Assembly (NCBI RefSeq): GCF_056712565.1
Contig: NZ_CM160072.1
Length of the DNA stretch: 64,000 nt
Strand: one strand, 5' to 3'
Shown here one piece after another: positions 46,880 through 57,319 of this stretch. The notes under the pieces are model-generated. The model was given only the letters and a program-made list of their open reading frames with translations, was not told the DNA's origin and ran no database searches. The translations under genes and the position numbers were made by a program. Position 1 is the first letter of the stretch. Every line of letters begins with the position of its first letter.

Positions 46880-48054
46880 TTTTTTGCATCCGGATGAAAT
46901 AAGTCAGTATCTTTAATTTTAAAGTCTTCTAGAGTTGCAGTATGTGCATTATTCCATAATTCATATCCATCTAAACCATTCGGTTCACCTGTTTCCCATC
47001 CTAAATTACAATAACGCTGATACTCGCGGCATTCATGAGTATAGTAGTTCAGATCGTATTTTTCAGGAAGCAATTCTTTATTTGCTATTTTTTTTAGCCT
47101 TGAAATCATTACATCATTAGCTGGATCATGATCAAATCTGGAGATATGCTTTTCAACAATAGCGATACCTTCCCTATTGATTGTTACGCCATCTATCGTC
47201 AGGTTTTCTATTGGACCACCGGCAAGGTCGGGATTAAATGGTCTTCCTGATACTGCTCCTCTGGCTCCGAAATGCTCAAATGATTCCAAATCAGGGAATC
47301 TCATTCTTCCCAGAACAACTCCAGCAACTATTGAAGCACCAGCGATGAGTAACCCTTTGTTATCCATAACTTGATCGTAACCAGCAGGTGCATCTCCTCC
47401 CAACTTGTTTGCTGTTTCCCTGAATCCTTCGATATTCCCATTGTATATGCCGCCAGCAGCAAGCAGTCTGCCAACCGCTTTACTATTGAGTGTTTTGAGG
47501 CCATTATTATCTTTAGTTTTTTGCCGTGGTATAAACAGACGGTTGTAGTTATCGGGAAATGCCAAATGACTAAATTCAGTATTAGCAATCAGATGCCTGG
47601 AGAGTATATATTCATAACTGACAGTGATGGTTTCTGTATCCAGATTGTTCTCAGTAAACAGGTGATTGATTGCTGATAAGAGCGCGCCGCGGAGTTGAAT
47701 GTTGTAATATTTCTCCTATCGACCAAATCTATTGATCCGATAGAAGTCAAACTCCATGAACAACTGCTCGTTATTGTTAATAGCGTTAATAAGTAACGGG
47801 GAGCTTTTGTCAATCAACTTACAGAAACTAAGGCCATGTAATTGTGACCCTTTGCCTGTATTCGTAATACTATTAGATAGCGAGAACGCGAAGATTTCAT
47901 CTTCATGGCCAATCTGCCAGCGATTACCTATTGATGCGCTCGTTCCGCAACGAGAGGAAATACATCCTTGTTGTTCTCCGGTTATGGTCAGGTAAATTTC
48001 ATCACTCATCTTTGATGAACTCTCTTTATTGCTTGATGTTTTAAAAATAAACAA
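46876..48054 (-). pseudogene. Hcp (T6SS tube protein) fused to a C-terminal extension domain, interrupted by in-frame TAG at 47716..47718
   Basis: N-terminal ORF matches Hcp (YLTITGEQQG..., LSFCKLIDKSSP); the frame continues past one TAG through the rest of the Hcp fold into the 229 aa domain; likely true start MSDEIYL at 48009. Confidence 0.6.
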
Positions 48055-48493
48055 TATTGCTATTTGTTTATAATTATTTACTCCTCAAGTTAATGGATTT
48101 AAATATGGGAAATAAAATGTTTCACTTTAGACCAGTTTTCATGAGGAAAATCTGTAATCATTAATAATAAACATGAATATTTTGCAGTGATTAATATTTG
48201 TTATGAATATAATCTATAACAATGAAGAGTTATCAGTTGTTCGGTGTATAGCCAGAGACGAGTTCAGTTTGTGATTTTTACAGGGCAGTTACAGCCGCAA
48301 AATTTTATGGCTGATTTCACCTTCCCCTCAAGCTTATCTTTCTTAAAAAGAGAAATAATTCTTAAATTCAAATAGTTATATACAATCTACTCTCTTTCTT
48401 GTGACTAGCTTCACATTTCATACTGATGCATTGGAATGAAATAAAATTTCATGAGATTTTGTGTTTGAGAAAAATTATTTCATTAGGTGTGAA

Positions 48494-49051
48494 ATGGACG
48501 CAAAGCTGTACATCACTGAGATCATCAATGAATTAACCTTCGTTAAGGACTCTATCCGTGAGGATGACTGCACCAAATTGATCGACGCTATTCAGCAAAG
48601 CCAGCGCGTTTTCTGCTATGGCCTGGGGCGTGCCGGCTTTTCCATGAAAGCCTTCACCATGCGCCTGATGCATATGGGCAAAGAGGTTTACTTCCTGACG
48701 GAAACCATTACGCCGAACTTTGGGCCTGGCGATCTGTTTATCGTTTCTTCCGCTTCCGGTGAGACAGCACAACTGGTGGCACTGGCGAAAAAAGCACGTC
48801 AGTTTGGCGGCGCTGTGGCGGTGTTAACCACGAATCGACACGCCACTATCACCGAGTTTGTCGACGTCATCGTGCAAATCAATGCCCCTTCCAAAAATCA
48901 AAAAGATTCTGTTTTCCGCTCGGCACAGCCGATGGCGTCGTTGTATGAGCAAGCTTTGCTGGTGATTGCCGATGCATTAGTGATGAAGATGGCTGCTGAA
49001 AGCGGTGCGCCGGAAAGTGAACTGTTTAAGCGCCACGCCAATCTGGAATAG
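48494..49051 (+). CDS. SIS-domain protein (6-phospho-3-hexuloisomerase-like sugar-phosphate isomerase)
   Basis: About 185 aa from ATG at 48494 preceded by AGGTG; SIS phosphosugar-binding pattern. Confidence 0.55.
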   Translation: MDAKLYITEIINELTFVKDSIREDDCTKLIDAIQQSQRVFCYGLGRAGFSMKAFTMRLMHMGKEVYFLTETITPNFGPGDLFIVSSASGETAQLVALAKKARQFGGAVAVLTTNRHATITEFVDVIVQINAPSKNQKDSVFRSAQPMASLYEQALLVIADALVMKMAAESGAPESELFKRHANLE

Positions 49052-49092
49052 TCGTCGCCGTTATTTGCTCGATACCCTACAGGAGAATAAAA

Positions 49093-50601
49093 ATGAGCAA
49101 AAAAATAACATCCTTGTTTAACTTCAAGAAGTTGCAGAAATTTTCTTCTGCTCTGATGTTACCAATCGCCATTCTTCCGGCGGCGGGTTTGATTTTAGCC
49201 ATCGGGATTTCATTTAACATTGAGCTGCTGGCGAATTGCGGCGGCCTGATTTTCGCCAACCTTCCTTTGCTGTTTTGTGTCGGTATTGTGATTGGCCTGA
49301 CAGGTGATGGTTCTTCATCACTTTCAGCGATTATCAGCTACATGATCATGAATGCCACGATGGGAACGCAACTTGGCATTACCGCGGAGTCCGTTGCAGC
49401 CAGTAACGGTGACTATGCGATGATCCTCGGGGTACCGACGTTACAAACGGGAGTGTTTGGCGGTTTGATTGTCGCCATCTTTGTTTATCTGCTCTATACC
49501 CGCTTCCACAATATTGAATTGCCTCAGTTTCTTGGTTTCTTCGGTGGAAAACGCTTTGTACCGATTATTACGGCGGTGGCGGCAATTATTGTCGGCTATT
49601 TATTGCCGTGGCTGTGGATACCGGTACAAAAAGGTCTGGCGTCGCTTTCAACGCTGGTGACCAGTGGGCATAACGCGAACTTCGCGGCCTTTATTTACGC
49701 CGTTGGCGAACGTTCGCTGATTCCTTTTGGCCTGCATCATATCTGGAACGTGCCGTTTTATTACAACTTTGGCGACTACATGACCAAATCCGGGCAACTG
49801 GTGACGGGCGATATTCCGGTGTTCTTTGCCCAATTGCGCGACGGTGTTCCGTTGACGGCGGGGTTGTTTATGACAGGTCGTTTCCCAATCATGATGTTTG
49901 CGTTACCTGCCGCCGCGTTGGCGATGTATCAGGAAGCAAAACCGGAACGTAAGGCGCTGATTAAAGGCCTTTTACTCTCCGGTGCGCTGACCACATTTGT
50001 TACCGGGATTACGGAGCCGCTGGAATATGCATTTTTGTTTGCAGCTCCGGTTCTCTACATCATTCACATCTTCTTATATGCCACTTCATTTGTGCTGATG
50101 AACATCCTGAATGTGCACATTGGTCATCCTTTTGCTGGCGGTCTTATTGATTTCGTACTGAATGGCGTTATGCCAAACCGCACGCCGTGGTATCTGGTGT
50201 TCCTGGCAGGCGCGGGCTATGCAGCGATTTACTACACCGTATTTCGGGTACTGATCCGCAAGTTGAATCTGAAAACACCGGGACGTGAGGATGAAGAGAT
50301 TGCCGTTGCAACCACATTAACGCGCGAAGAACGTCCATACCAAATCATCGAGGCAGTAGGTGGTTTCGACAATATCGAAGATGTGGATGCCTGCGCAACA
50401 CGCCTGAGGCTGGCGCTGGTAGACGATAAGAAAGTGAATGAAAAACGGCTGAAGGAGTTGGGGGCTGCGGGTTTAGTGAAACTGGGTGATGGCGGTGTAC
50501 AGGTGATATTTGGCGGCAAATCGCAAATCCTGCGCGACGAAATCAAAACCGTAATGAGCAGACCGCGCCCGACAGAAATGACAGTGGCCTGTGCTAACTA
50601 A
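49093..50601 (+). CDS. PTS glucose-family EIICB component
   Basis: 502 aa; polytopic EIIC followed by C-terminal EIIB with CATRLR phosphorylation motif; AGGAG 7 nt upstream. Confidence 0.75.
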   Translation: MSKKITSLFNFKKLQKFSSALMLPIAILPAAGLILAIGISFNIELLANCGGLIFANLPLLFCVGIVIGLTGDGSSSLSAIISYMIMNATMGTQLGITAESVAASNGDYAMILGVPTLQTGVFGGLIVAIFVYLLYTRFHNIELPQFLGFFGGKRFVPIITAVAAIIVGYLLPWLWIPVQKGLASLSTLVTSGHNANFAAFIYAVGERSLIPFGLHHIWNVPFYYNFGDYMTKSGQLVTGDIPVFFAQLRDGVPLTAGLFMTGRFPIMMFALPAAALAMYQEAKPERKALIKGLLLSGALTTFVTGITEPLEYAFLFAAPVLYIIHIFLYATSFVLMNILNVHIGHPFAGGLIDFVLNGVMPNRTPWYLVFLAGAGYAAIYYTVFRVLIRKLNLKTPGREDEEIAVATTLTREERPYQIIEAVGGFDNIEDVDACATRLRLALVDDKKVNEKRLKELGAAGLVKLGDGGVQVIFGGKSQILRDEIKTVMSRPRPTEMTVACAN

Positions 50602-50651
50602 TTCGAGATTAGCGGGCTGGTTTCAGCCCGCCAGACAGAGAGAGCTGAAGT

Positions 50652-52649
50652 ATGAATTCACAATTACTGGCTAACGCCATCCGAATGTTAAGTGTTGATG
50701 CGATCCAGAAAGCGAACTCCGGTCATCCGGGCGCGCCGATGGGGATGGCGGATATTGCCGAAGTGGTCTGGCGTCGTCACCTGCGTCATAACCCAAAAAA
50801 TCCGCAGTGGTTTAACCGCGACCGCTATATTCAGTCGAACGGGCACGGTTCCATGTTGATTTACGCTTTGCTGCATCTTACAGGCTACGACCTGTCGATG
50901 GATGATATTCGCGACTTTCGTCAGCTCCACTCCCGCACGCCAGGTCATCCAGAATATGGTTATACGCCGGGTGTTGAAACCACCACCGGCCCGTTGGGGC
51001 AGGGCGTAGCTAATGCGGTGGGGATGGCGATTGCGGAGAAGGCGCTGGCGGCAGAATTTAACAAACCGGGCTTTAATATTGTTGATCATCACACATGGCT
51101 ATTTTTGGGTGATGGCTGCCTGATGGAAGGGATCTCCCACGAGGCCTGTGGTCTTGCAGGAACGCTGAAGCTCGGCAATCTGATTGCTATCTGGGACGAT
51201 AACGGTATTTCGATCGATGGTCACGTAGAAGGCTGGTTTGCTGAAGATACGGCTGCCCGTTTTCGTGCCTACGGCTGGCATGTCATTGAAGGCGTTGATG
51301 GTCACGATCCAGAAGAGGTAGATGCTGCGGTGCGTGAAGCGAAAAGCGTCACGGATAAGCCCAGTCTGCTGTGCTGCAAAACGATTATCGGTTTTGGTTC
51401 GCCAAATAAAGCCAACAGCCACGATTGCCACGGCTCGGCGCTGGGTGCAGATGAAGTGGCGCTGGTGCGTGAACGTCTGCAATGGCCGTATGCCCCTTTC
51501 GAAATTCCTGGTGAAATTTATGCCGCATGGGATGCGACCGAGAAAGGCGCGCAGGTTCAACAGGAATGGGATGCACTGTTTGCTGACTACGCGAAGCAGT
51601 GGCCGGAACTGGCGGCGGAGTTTACTCGTCGCATGAAGGGTGATTTGCCTGCTGGCTGGGCCGAGAATATGCAGAAATATGTGCACGATCTGCAATCCCA
51701 TCCGGCGGCGCTGGCAACCCGTCAGGTCAGCCAGAAATGCCTCAATCACTTCGCGGATATGCTGCCGGAACTGATGGGCGGCTCGGCGGACTTGTCGCCC
51801 TCTAACCTGACTCGCCATCAGAAATCGGTTGATTTCACCGGGGAAAATCCGGCGGGGAATTACATCTCCTATGGCGTGCGTGAATTTGGTATGTCGGCCA
51901 TCATGAACGGTCTTGCGCTGCATGGTGGGTTTATCCCTTACGGCGGTACTTTCCTGATGTTTATGGAATATGCGCGTAATGCACTGCGCATGGCGGCGCT
52001 GATGAAGATCCGCTCGGTGTTTGTTTATACCCACGATACCATCGGCCTGGGCGAAGACGGCCCGACACATCAGCCCGTTGAGCAACTGGCGTCGCTGCGT
52101 CTGACGCCGAATATGGAAACCTGGCGCGGTTGCGATCAGGTGGAAGTGGCGGTAGCCTGGCAACAGGCGATTGAGCGCAAAGATGGCCCAACGTCGTTGG
52201 TATTAACGCGCCAACCTCTGGCGCAACAGCCGCGCACCGCTGCACAGTTGGCAGAGATTGCGCGTGGTGGTTATGTACTGAGTGATTGTGACGGTCAGCC
52301 TGAGATGATCCTCATTTCTGCGGGTTCAGAGATTGAGTTAGTGGTCAGCGCCGCAAAAGCGTTAACGGAAGAAGGGCGTAAAGTTCGCGTGGTTTCCATG
52401 CCGTGTACCGAGCGTTTCGATAATCAGGATGCGGCGTACAAAGAGTCGGTATTGCCAAAAGCTGTACGCAAACGTCTGGCGGTAGAAGCCAGCATCGCCG
52501 GATTCTGGGAACGCTACGTCGGCCTGGACGGTAAAGTGATCGGCATGACGAGCTTTGGTGAGTCTGCTCCGGCGAATGTGTTGTTCAAACACTTTGGTTT
52601 TACGCCGGAAAATGTCCTGGCGCAGGCGCGTGAGCTACTGAACAGCTAA
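50652..52649 (+). CDS. transketolase paralog
   Basis: 665 aa; collinear with TktA by eye ([29 protein letters not shown], ThDP-binding regions). Confidence 0.85.
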   Translation: MNSQLLANAIRMLSVDAIQKANSGHPGAPMGMADIAEVVWRRHLRHNPKNPQWFNRDRYIQSNGHGSMLIYALLHLTGYDLSMDDIRDFRQLHSRTPGHPEYGYTPGVETTTGPLGQGVANAVGMAIAEKALAAEFNKPGFNIVDHHTWLFLGDGCLMEGISHEACGLAGTLKLGNLIAIWDDNGISIDGHVEGWFAEDTAARFRAYGWHVIEGVDGHDPEEVDAAVREAKSVTDKPSLLCCKTIIGFGSPNKANSHDCHGSALGADEVALVRERLQWPYAPFEIPGEIYAAWDATEKGAQVQQEWDALFADYAKQWPELAAEFTRRMKGDLPAGWAENMQKYVHDLQSHPAALATRQVSQKCLNHFADMLPELMGGSADLSPSNLTRHQKSVDFTGENPAGNYISYGVREFGMSAIMNGLALHGGFIPYGGTFLMFMEYARNALRMAALMKIRSVFVYTHDTIGLGEDGPTHQPVEQLASLRLTPNMETWRGCDQVEVAVAWQQAIERKDGPTSLVLTRQPLAQQPRTAAQLAEIARGGYVLSDCDGQPEMILISAGSEIELVVSAAKALTEEGRKVRVVSMPCTERFDNQDAAYKESVLPKAVRKRLAVEASIAGFWERYVGLDGKVIGMTSFGESAPANVLFKHFGFTPENVLAQARELLNS

Positions 52650-52678
52650 ACCTGCACAAGGGGTGAAAGGATGACCTT

Positions 52679-53524
52679 TTACCCCTTGAAACGGGAGCCA
52701 AGAAACTCTTCACGGGTGCGGTATTTCTCGTAATGCGCCTTGTTTTTATACATAAACAACAGCACCAGCATATCAATAACGCCCATTGCCGGAACGCGAG
52801 TGGAGTCGAAGGCTTCAAAGAAGATTTTATCGCTGACCGCGGTATTGAGTTGATGGGTGGAGAGTTTTGATAACGGAGATTTAATATAGTTAGTGATACA
52901 AACGGATTTGGCACCGCGCTCTTTCACCACTTTAAAGATATCGACCATTAAGTTGGTGCTGCCAGAGTTAGAAATACCAATCGCCAGGTCACGTTTCCCC
53001 ATAGAATATGCCGCATTAATTTGCATTTCCGGGCTGACGTGAACAACGGTTTTTAATCCGAGTTGGCTGAATTTATAAGCACCATAAACGGCCAGAGGGT
53101 TTGAATTTCCGGCAGCAAAAAAGAAAATAGTGTCGCAATTAGCAAGTAGTTTGAGAATGGACTCAAGCACTTCGGCATTAAAAAATTGCGTTGATTGTAT
53201 TAAATCTTCGGCCTGTTTTTTTAATAAAAATGTGGCCAGCGACGTTATATCGGTAAAATCGGTATTATCAGGATAGCTATTGTCAGGATTAATGACTTCT
53301 TTTGCTAATGCAATTTTTAAATGGTAATAACCCTGATAACCTAATTTCTTACAGGTGCGTACGATAGTCGCTTCACTGGCATGGCTTTTTTCTGATAGTT
53401 CAGTGACACTATAGTTCACGACTTCATGTGCGTGGCTAAGAATATAGTCAGCGACCTTTTTTTCCGCCTGATGCAGTGTAGGGTAATTGCTTTGAATCAG
53501 ACTTTTTACGGTTATGTTATTCAT
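52679..53524 (-). CDS. RpiR/MurR-family transcriptional regulator (HTH plus SIS domain)
   Basis: 281 aa; N-terminal HTH, C-terminal SIS; convergent with the PTS-SIS-transketolase genes. Confidence 0.7.
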   Translation of the reverse strand: MNNITVKSLIQSNYPTLHQAEKKVADYILSHAHEVVNYSVTELSEKSHASEATIVRTCKKLGYQGYYHLKIALAKEVINPDNSYPDNTDFTDITSLATFLLKKQAEDLIQSTQFFNAEVLESILKLLANCDTIFFFAAGNSNPLAVYGAYKFSQLGLKTVVHVSPEMQINAAYSMGKRDLAIGISNSGSTNLMVDIFKVVKERGAKSVCITNYIKSPLSKLSTHQLNTAVSDKIFFEAFDSTRVPAMGVIDMLVLLFMYKNKAHYEKYRTREEFLGSRFKG

Positions 53525-53724
53525 AATTAGTAAATTTCATTCTGACAGAAAGTGCTGATTATAACATAGTTTTCAGGCGTGGATAGGTGTGAAAAAAATG
53601 AAGGTGTGCAGTGAACGTAATGATTAACAGACCGGTTAATTTTCATGAATTACGTCAACTGCACAAAAATAATTTAAACGGGTGCTCTAATTAAAGCAAA
53701 ACTTATATTTTTATCATTGTATTG

Positions 53725-54630
53725 TCAATTAAATACAAATTGTGTCATTAATTGTGGGTTTCTTAAATATTCTATGCACCACTGACAGGCTTTGCCCATA
53801 CCATCGGAACGAGCGGCAAGAAATAACTTGGTGGCGTGTTTATGTTCGCGCATTGGCTTTTTAAGCAATTTACCGCTGTTCAATAACGGCAATGCCAGAT
53901 GATGTGGAATATAACCAATACCGACGTTTTGTTCTATTAAGGCGATTGCCGTAGCGAAGTCAGGAACAAAAATGGGTTTTTGTCCTTCCAACAACCAGGC
54001 TTGCATCGGGGGGAAGTTAACGGAGGTATCGCGGATACAAATCGCTGGATAGTGACGCAATTCACTGTTTTCTAATGGATGCCGCTTCGCTGCCAGTGGG
54101 TGGAGTGGGCTGACGACAAAATCCCATTCCATTTGTCCGACCGGTTCGCTAATGATGCCTTCACTGCTTGGTACTGCATGAGGAGCACCGTAGACCAGAT
54201 CAGCACGCTTACTGTACAGCGCATCCCAGCAGCCGTTGTATACCTCAAGATCTACCGTCAGTGTTGTTGATGTGAATTGCCGTTCAAAATCTCGAATAAA
54301 TGCCACCAGCAAATCACCAGGAATAATATTGTTCACCGCAATTGTCAGTTCACGCTCAATACCATCGTGAATCAGCACTGTGTTGCGCTTTAATGCTTCC
54401 AGGTCGCCAAGAATAGTTTTGCTATGTTCGATGAAGTAACTTCCCGCTGGCGATAATTCAATATAGCGTCCCTTACGAATGAACAGTTCAACGCCCAGGC
54501 TCTCTTCCGCTTTCTTGATGGTGTAACTGATGGCGGAAGGGACTTTATTTAACTGCTCGGCTGCGGTGGTAATGCTCTGGTGTCTGGCGACCAGATGAAT
54601 AACACGAAGCGTTTCGTCTGAGATGAACAT
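53725..54630 (-). CDS. LysR-family transcriptional regulator
   Basis: 301 aa; N-terminal LysR-type HTH. Confidence 0.75.
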   Translation of the reverse strand: MFISDETLRVIHLVARHQSITTAAEQLNKVPSAISYTIKKAEESLGVELFIRKGRYIELSPAGSYFIEHSKTILGDLEALKRNTVLIHDGIERELTIAVNNIIPGDLLVAFIRDFERQFTSTTLTVDLEVYNGCWDALYSKRADLVYGAPHAVPSSEGIISEPVGQMEWDFVVSPLHPLAAKRHPLENSELRHYPAICIRDTSVNFPPMQAWLLEGQKPIFVPDFATAIALIEQNVGIGYIPHHLALPLLNSGKLLKKPMREHKHATKLFLAARSDGMGKACQWCIEYLRNPQLMTQFVFN

Positions 54631-54707
54631 AAGGCTCCCTGGTCAGTGGTAAAGTGGCTGAATCTCTCCAGATTCAGCCGTAATCATTGCCTGAGTATAC
54701 CCAGGAA

Positions 54708-55931
54708 TTAGCGGTGTTGACTTGCCCGACTGAGAATCGCATACGCGATACATGCCACCAGAATCGAGTCTACCGAAGGGATCGTCGTCAGGGTGAATAA
54801 GCCTTTTACGGTCATAAAGCCAACCGCTGCGCCTATGATCCATGCTGCGAATGTCAGCACTTTAATCTGTGACTCCTGGGCTAACACTGACTCTTGATAG
54901 CCATTACGGCGATAAAGGAAAAAGTCAGCGATATAAATTCCGGCAACGGGTGGCGTGGCGATACCCAGGAACAGCAGAAACGGAATAAACCACGCCATAA
55001 TATCCATACTGCCTACGATGGCGGAAAGGATACCCAGCGCCACGGTAATCTGCCATTTGGGAAAGCGGGTAAGCAGTGTGGAAACCACCAGCGTGCCCTG
55101 GAACATATTGCCCGCGTTACCGGTGACGCAGGCGAAAATCAACAACAGCGCCGCAGGCAGAACCGCACCGAATACCGCCATCGCACCCAGTAAAGATCCC
55201 TGACCACTAATGGCGCTCGGCGTTGCACCCGCCCAGTAGAGCAGAGGGTAGGCAACCAGAAACGTCACGCCTGCGGCAATCAGCGCATGTTTGCGGTTAT
55301 GCACAAAACTACCGAAATCAGGCAGTGTGGCAACCAGCACAATAATGGTGCCAACAACGGTGGAAACGGCGACACCTGTATTCATCTCCACAATCGCCGC
55401 TGGTACTGCCACTTCGGTATGGGTTGCCACATAGAGGATGTAACACAGCACCAGCGCGATAACCGGCACGGCAACCTGGGCAATTTTTCCCAGAACGGCA
55501 AAGCCAAATGCCGTAGAGGCGACAAAAATGACACAGCCAGCCGCCACTAACAGTGCCAGTGGAACTTCCAGTCCATGTTGAGCCAGTAAGTCATGTACCG
55601 AATGACCAAACATATTGGCGGTAACGGCAATCCAGCCGAACAGACTTATCGCCATCAAAATGTTAATGGCGATGGCCCCTTTTTCGCCAAACGAATATTT
55701 CACAATGCCATACGTTGGCAGGCGGGCTTTTTCTCCCACGCTAATGGTGATGGCTGAAAGTAAGGTCAGAATGACGCCGCCTAACAATACGACGCTAATT
55801 AAACTGCCGCTGGAAAGTTGATTGCCGAGGCTTGAGGATGACAACAGCACAGGTGTGACGGCAATACCCAGCAAAATCATGGCAATACGCAATCCTGATG
55901 CCGTATTCAGATTCTCTTCTTTTTTACGCAT
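54708..55931 (-). CDS. NCS1-family nucleobase permease (CodB-like)
   Basis: 407 aa, about 12 TM; resembles cytosine permease CodB around GIYIADFFLYRRNG. Confidence 0.65.
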   Translation of the reverse strand: MRKKEENLNTASGLRIAMILLGIAVTPVLLSSSSLGNQLSSGSLISVVLLGGVILTLLSAITISVGEKARLPTYGIVKYSFGEKGAIAINILMAISLFGWIAVTANMFGHSVHDLLAQHGLEVPLALLVAAGCVIFVASTAFGFAVLGKIAQVAVPVIALVLCYILYVATHTEVAVPAAIVEMNTGVAVSTVVGTIIVLVATLPDFGSFVHNRKHALIAAGVTFLVAYPLLYWAGATPSAISGQGSLLGAMAVFGAVLPAALLLIFACVTGNAGNMFQGTLVVSTLLTRFPKWQITVALGILSAIVGSMDIMAWFIPFLLFLGIATPPVAGIYIADFFLYRRNGYQESVLAQESQIKVLTFAAWIIGAAVGFMTVKGLFTLTTIPSVDSILVACIAYAILSRASQHR

Positions 55932-55956
55932 AGTATGTTCCCTTTATAAATGCGCG

Positions 55957-56346
55957 TTACACAGTATGAAAATGCCCGGTGTATTTGCGCCAGCTACCCA
56001 GTTCTGTAATTTCCCGTTGGCCTTCGGTCAGCCAGTTTTCTGCCAGTACGCCCAGCACTTCGCTACCATCGGCAAGTTTGATTTTGCCAATTGCCAGCCC
56101 AGCGGGTTCGCTCATTAACAGAGCGGCAAAACTGGCCAGCGGTAATTGCCAAATTTCTACGTCGACGTGTGTTCCTCCTTCATTCACGCGAATCATTCCC
56201 GGATGGCGATCATTAATACTCCACAACCGGTAATGGGCGTCAGTTCGGTCTTCACGGACAAAAATACCGCCCGCTTTTTGCATATTTGGGTTGAGTTCCA
56301 GGCCGCGCATCAGCGTTCCGTTAACGGCTAAAAGCGTTGTAGTCAT
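55957..56346 (-). CDS. gamma-glutamylcyclotransferase-like (AIG2 / allophanate hydrolase C-terminal domain-like) protein
   Basis: 129 aa; LAVNGTLMRG N-terminal motif typical of GGCT-fold proteins. Confidence 0.5.
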   Translation of the reverse strand: MTTTLLAVNGTLMRGLELNPNMQKAGGIFVREDRTDAHYRLWSINDRHPGMIRVNEGGTHVDVEIWQLPLASFAALLMSEPAGLAIGKIKLADGSEVLGVLAENWLTEGQREITELGSWRKYTGHFHTV

Positions 56347-56362
56347 TGTGTTCTCCAGAGAA

Positions 56363-57319
56363 TTAAAGGGTTATCCATGTACCGCTCTGATGCGCCAGGG
56401 CTGCTTTTATGGTTTGCGGTGAAGTAATCAGGCCGCTGGCCTGTTTGCCTTGTTGCTGGCTGGCATTGATGAAATCAACAATGGCTTCCACTTTGGGTTG
56501 CATACTGCCGACACCAAACTGACCTTCCCGCAACAGCGTTTGCGCTTCGGCAACGCTGATAGCGTCGAGCCACTGTTGTTGTGGTGTACCAAAGTTAATC
56601 GCTACTTTTTCTACACCGGTGGGGATCACCAGCAGATCTGCGCCTAACTGACTGGCGAGCAGCGCGGAGGCCAGATCTTTATCGATCACGGCTTCTACAC
56701 CTTTCAGTTGTTGCCCGTCTCGCACCACCGGAATACCGCCGCCGCCGCAGGCAATAACCAGATATCCCTGGCGCACCAGGTGAGCGATGGTGTCGTGCTC
56801 AATAATTTCCAGTGGTGCAGGAGAGGGAACTGTACGCCGCCAACCACGCCCGGCGTCCTCCATCAGCGTCCAGCCGAGTTGTTGTTGGCGTTGTTGGGCC
56901 GTTGCTTCATCGAGAAACGCGCCAATTGGTTTACTGGGGCTGGCGAAAGCATCGTCATGTGGGCTGACTCGCGTTTGTGTCACCAGGGCAATTACCGGTT
57001 TGTTTATGCCACGGCGAGCCAATTCGTTATGCAGCGCTTTCTGGAACATGTAGCCAATTGCACCTTGTGTATCACCCACGGCGTAATCAAGTGGAACCGG
57101 AGAAACTTCGTTACTGGCGAGTTCAGAGCGGCGCAGAATAAAGCCCACCTGCGGGCCATTACCGTGGGTTAGTACCAGGTCCCATCCGGCTTCAACCATA
57201 TCAACGATATGTTGCACGCTTTCCATCACTGCAACATATTGATCGGGAATACTATTGCGTTGCTCGTCCTGAATGAGCGCATTGCCGCCAACCGCGACGA
57301 CAGCCAGTGGCTTAACCAT
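56363..57319 (-). CDS. carbamate kinase
   Basis: Start at MVKPLAVVAVGGNAL (318 aa), overlapping the upstream stop; carbamate kinase family pattern. Confidence 0.75.
   Translation of the reverse strand: MVKPLAVVAVGGNALIQDEQRNSIPDQYVAVMESVQHIVDMVEAGWDLVLTHGNGPQVGFILRRSELASNEVSPVPLDYAVGDTQGAIGYMFQKALHNELARRGINKPVIALVTQTRVSPHDDAFASPSKPIGAFLDEATAQQRQQQLGWTLMEDAGRGWRRTVPSPAPLEIIEHDTIAHLVRQGYLVIACGGGGIPVVRDGQQLKGVEAVIDKDLASALLASQLGADLLVIPTGVEKVAINFGTPQQQWLDAISVAEAQTLLREGQFGVGSMQPKVEAIVDFINASQQQGKQASGLITSPQTIKAALAHQSGTWITL

Noticed and set aside
48055-48493. CRP site in the divergent Hcp / PTS-operon intergenic region
   Set aside because: Only half-site-like TGTGA matches without a convincing symmetric partner; not reportable without a scoring matrix
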